DNA of 63,433 nt, counting the filler, from Basidiobolus ranarum (taxonomy: Eukaryota): NCBI GenBank assembly GCA_040143965.1. It is 28 parts of 28 records of this genome, joined end to end, with 100 filler letters (N's around TTAATTAATTAA, not from the genome) between each part and the next. Parts side by side here need not be neighbours in the genome. Positions count along the whole stretch, not along the records: positions 61,275 to 63,433 come from JASJQH010010574.1; 27 more parts are not named here. One strand, given 5' to 3'. The notes below the pieces were generated by a model. The model saw only the letters and a list, made by a program, of their open reading frames with translations. It was not told where the DNA came from and did no database searches. The translations under genes were made by a program, and so were the position numbers. This document shows, piece after piece, positions 61,275 through 63,433 of the stretch (positions within the stretch are counted from its first letter, which is position 1; each line of letters opens with the position of its first letter).

Positions 61275-63433
61275 TAAGTTTGGGGCTTCTAGAATAAGTT
61301 TGAAAAATATATGTATCTGAGAACTTTTAAGTGTCTAAAAATATTCTCTGTATTTTTCAAATGAGAATGATGGATAATATTTTAGTGAATTATAAGATAT
61401 TGAAGTACTAAGCTATATATGACTATGTAGGTGTTTTTCTTAGGCTTATGGCTAATTGGAAGTTTGATTTTAGCCTGACTATTTGGTGAATTGACATCAG
61501 TGAGCATGTTGAAATCTGACCAGGATCTTGATGGTGAAATCATGGAGTTTAGTGTTGTACTTGGATTTTAGTAATGCATATGCCTGATATAGTAAACTCC
61601 ATTGATTTGACAAAATCTACAGCAAGATAGTGCATTGTGCCCTTTAAAACCTCCAAGTTCACAGATGCAAGAGTGTCACCAATATATATAGAATGATATT
61701 AGCTTTGAGAAAATATTCACCCATCTGAACCACATTAGATAACCATTCAAATTCCACAATTAAAGGCTGCAAGAAGCTATCTATGAACACTGATGATTTA
61801 TGGCAGATATGATGAATTGTATCACAATATTATGACTCTCATACCATTTGGAAGGAGGAAGATTTGTGTTGATCAAAATTATTGGCCTAAAAGCCTTCCC
61901 AATGATTTATTTGTTTAGTGGGAAACCATCCAGTGCCAATGCAAATACATGATCATACAGGTTATCAATGCAACCTTCACTTTTCAGATTCTGGTAGTGA
62001 TATCCATTAAGTATATTGGTAATACCATCAGCATTATGGTCACTACTTTAGTACTGGATCAATGATCTATCCCTAGCAGATATTTGAGGATTGTCATTAT
62101 AGGAAATCTGTCACAGTTTTAATCCATTTTGTATTGACTCTTTACTTACCATTGTAAAATTGTCTAGTTGAATTTGAGTTTGATTAATTTTTTCAGTTTT
62201 AGGAATAAAATTTCAAGATCTTGCAAAATAGTTGCACATGAATGGCTACAATCTCAGAGAACTATGGATCAACATGTGTCCAAAAAACATAACTCAAATT
62301 TGACACATTTACCACTTAAATGCTAATTTGGCACCTCCAAGATCCCTAGTTTCTTTGATGTATTCTCCCAAATATTTTTATAAAGTTCTTCATACTCAAG
62401 GTTTAGCTCATATCCAACTAGTGTTTGGATCAATATCTCTATTAAAGCCCACCATTGTATTGATGTTGCTAAATCAACATTCTTCCTGGTATTTGGCGGA
62501 TACCCTCCAATATTTTGCCACTCTATATTAAGTTCTTCCTAGATATCTGCATGGTCAACATCAGACTGAATGTAGTGCTTTGTGGTGTTTGTGAAGCTTT
62601 TTGCTTGCCTTTCAGTTTGGGGTTAACCTCAACACTTTGAAAAGTACTAGTTGAGGTTGGAGAGCCATGAGTTATATTTGCTGGTATTTTAGCTTGTTGA
62701 GAGATGCTAGGGGTTGGATAAATTTCCAAATTTAGCACTCTGCCAACTAGTGTACCTGGTTCTATGATGAAATTAAGCTTTTTTGCCACTATATCTAACT
62801 CTGGAAGTACAGATCTTTGTAATGGTGCAAAGAATCTGGTAGGTGGGACAGTGGAGCCTAATCTTCCTGGAACCTTTGCTTTTCCCATAGGTGTACTTAC
62901 TTCCTGCCCCTTGTGTACTACTTCAGCTGCTTTTCTTTTTTTTCCAAGTTCATAATTGCATACATTTTGGAGATGTTTCACTAATTGGCCCCTAACAGAA
63001 ATTTGAGGATTGTTATTGTAGCAAAACCATCATAATTTTAATCCATTTGGGACTGACTGTTTACCTACCATCATATAGTTGTCAAGTTAGATTTGATTTT
63101 AATCAATTTTTTCAGTTTCAGTAGTGAAATTTCAAGATCTTGCAAAATAGTTGCACATGAATGGCTACAATCTCAGAGAACTATGGATCAACACATGTGC
63201 AAAAAACATAACTCAAATGTTACACAGTTACCACTTGAATGCTAATTTGACATCTTTGAAAATCCCCAGTGTCTTTTATTGGGAAAATATGGGCTGTTTG
63301 GAGGAACTTTAGAAAAGTGGAGTTGTGAATAGCTTTGTGAGATAATTGTTTATTGTCCAGAAATTAAACATTTAAACTTTTTGGTGGAAATACAGAAAAC
63401 TAACACTGAGGTTGTGTTCAGAACATCTGTGGG
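61275..63433. mobile_element. Mosaic: family A LTR (61275-~61437), CACTA transposase (-, ~61438-62070), CACTA left end plus ORF2 (62071-62989), third CACTA left end (62990-~63275), family C LTR (~63340-63433)
   Basis: Termini CCCTAGCAGATATTTGAGG (62071) and CCCTAACAGAAATTTGAGG (62990). GGFKGHNALSCCRFC on the minus strand near 61615-61655. Confidence 0.85.

Overview
This is not one contiguous locus. It is 28 unrelated contigs of about 2.16-2.18 kb, in descending size order, joined by 27 artificial 100-nt spacers (N44-TTAATTAATTAA-N44), so adjacency across spacers means nothing. The DNA is AT-rich and eukaryotic. GT-AG introns and DOT5, HMT1, AMPK-beta and YSC84/LSB3 homologs point to a fungus, probably an early-diverging lineage (inference). 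More than half of the contigs are nested, CpG-depleted transposon debris. The main components are a high-copy CACTA/EnSpm-type DNA transposon (CCCTAACA termini, transposase plus a divergently oriented orphan ORF2, about 5.2 kb by manual tiling), two Ty1/copia families with a Ty5-type half-tRNAiMet primer site, three further LTR families and Ty3/gypsy fragments. The host-gene contigs carry a peroxiredoxin, PRMT1 exon 1, a CRAL-TRIO protein, a degenerate WRN/EXD2-like exonuclease, an MFS transporter end, AMPK-beta, Ysc84-SH3, an NmrA-like gene with an inverted pseudogene copy, an intronless NRPS fragment with an N-methyltransferase, a bacterial-type CAP domain and several orphan secreted proteins. 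The most interesting items are: (1) tandem secreted precursors with an acidic pro-region, an ELRR Kex2-type site and a Gly/Arg/Phe-rich cationic peptide ending in a Cys/Asp tail; (2) the two-gene divergent CACTA element; (3) the N-methylating NRPS; (4) an ATG inside the copia primer-binding site that sits in frame exactly 9 codons before the gag Met in both copia families.
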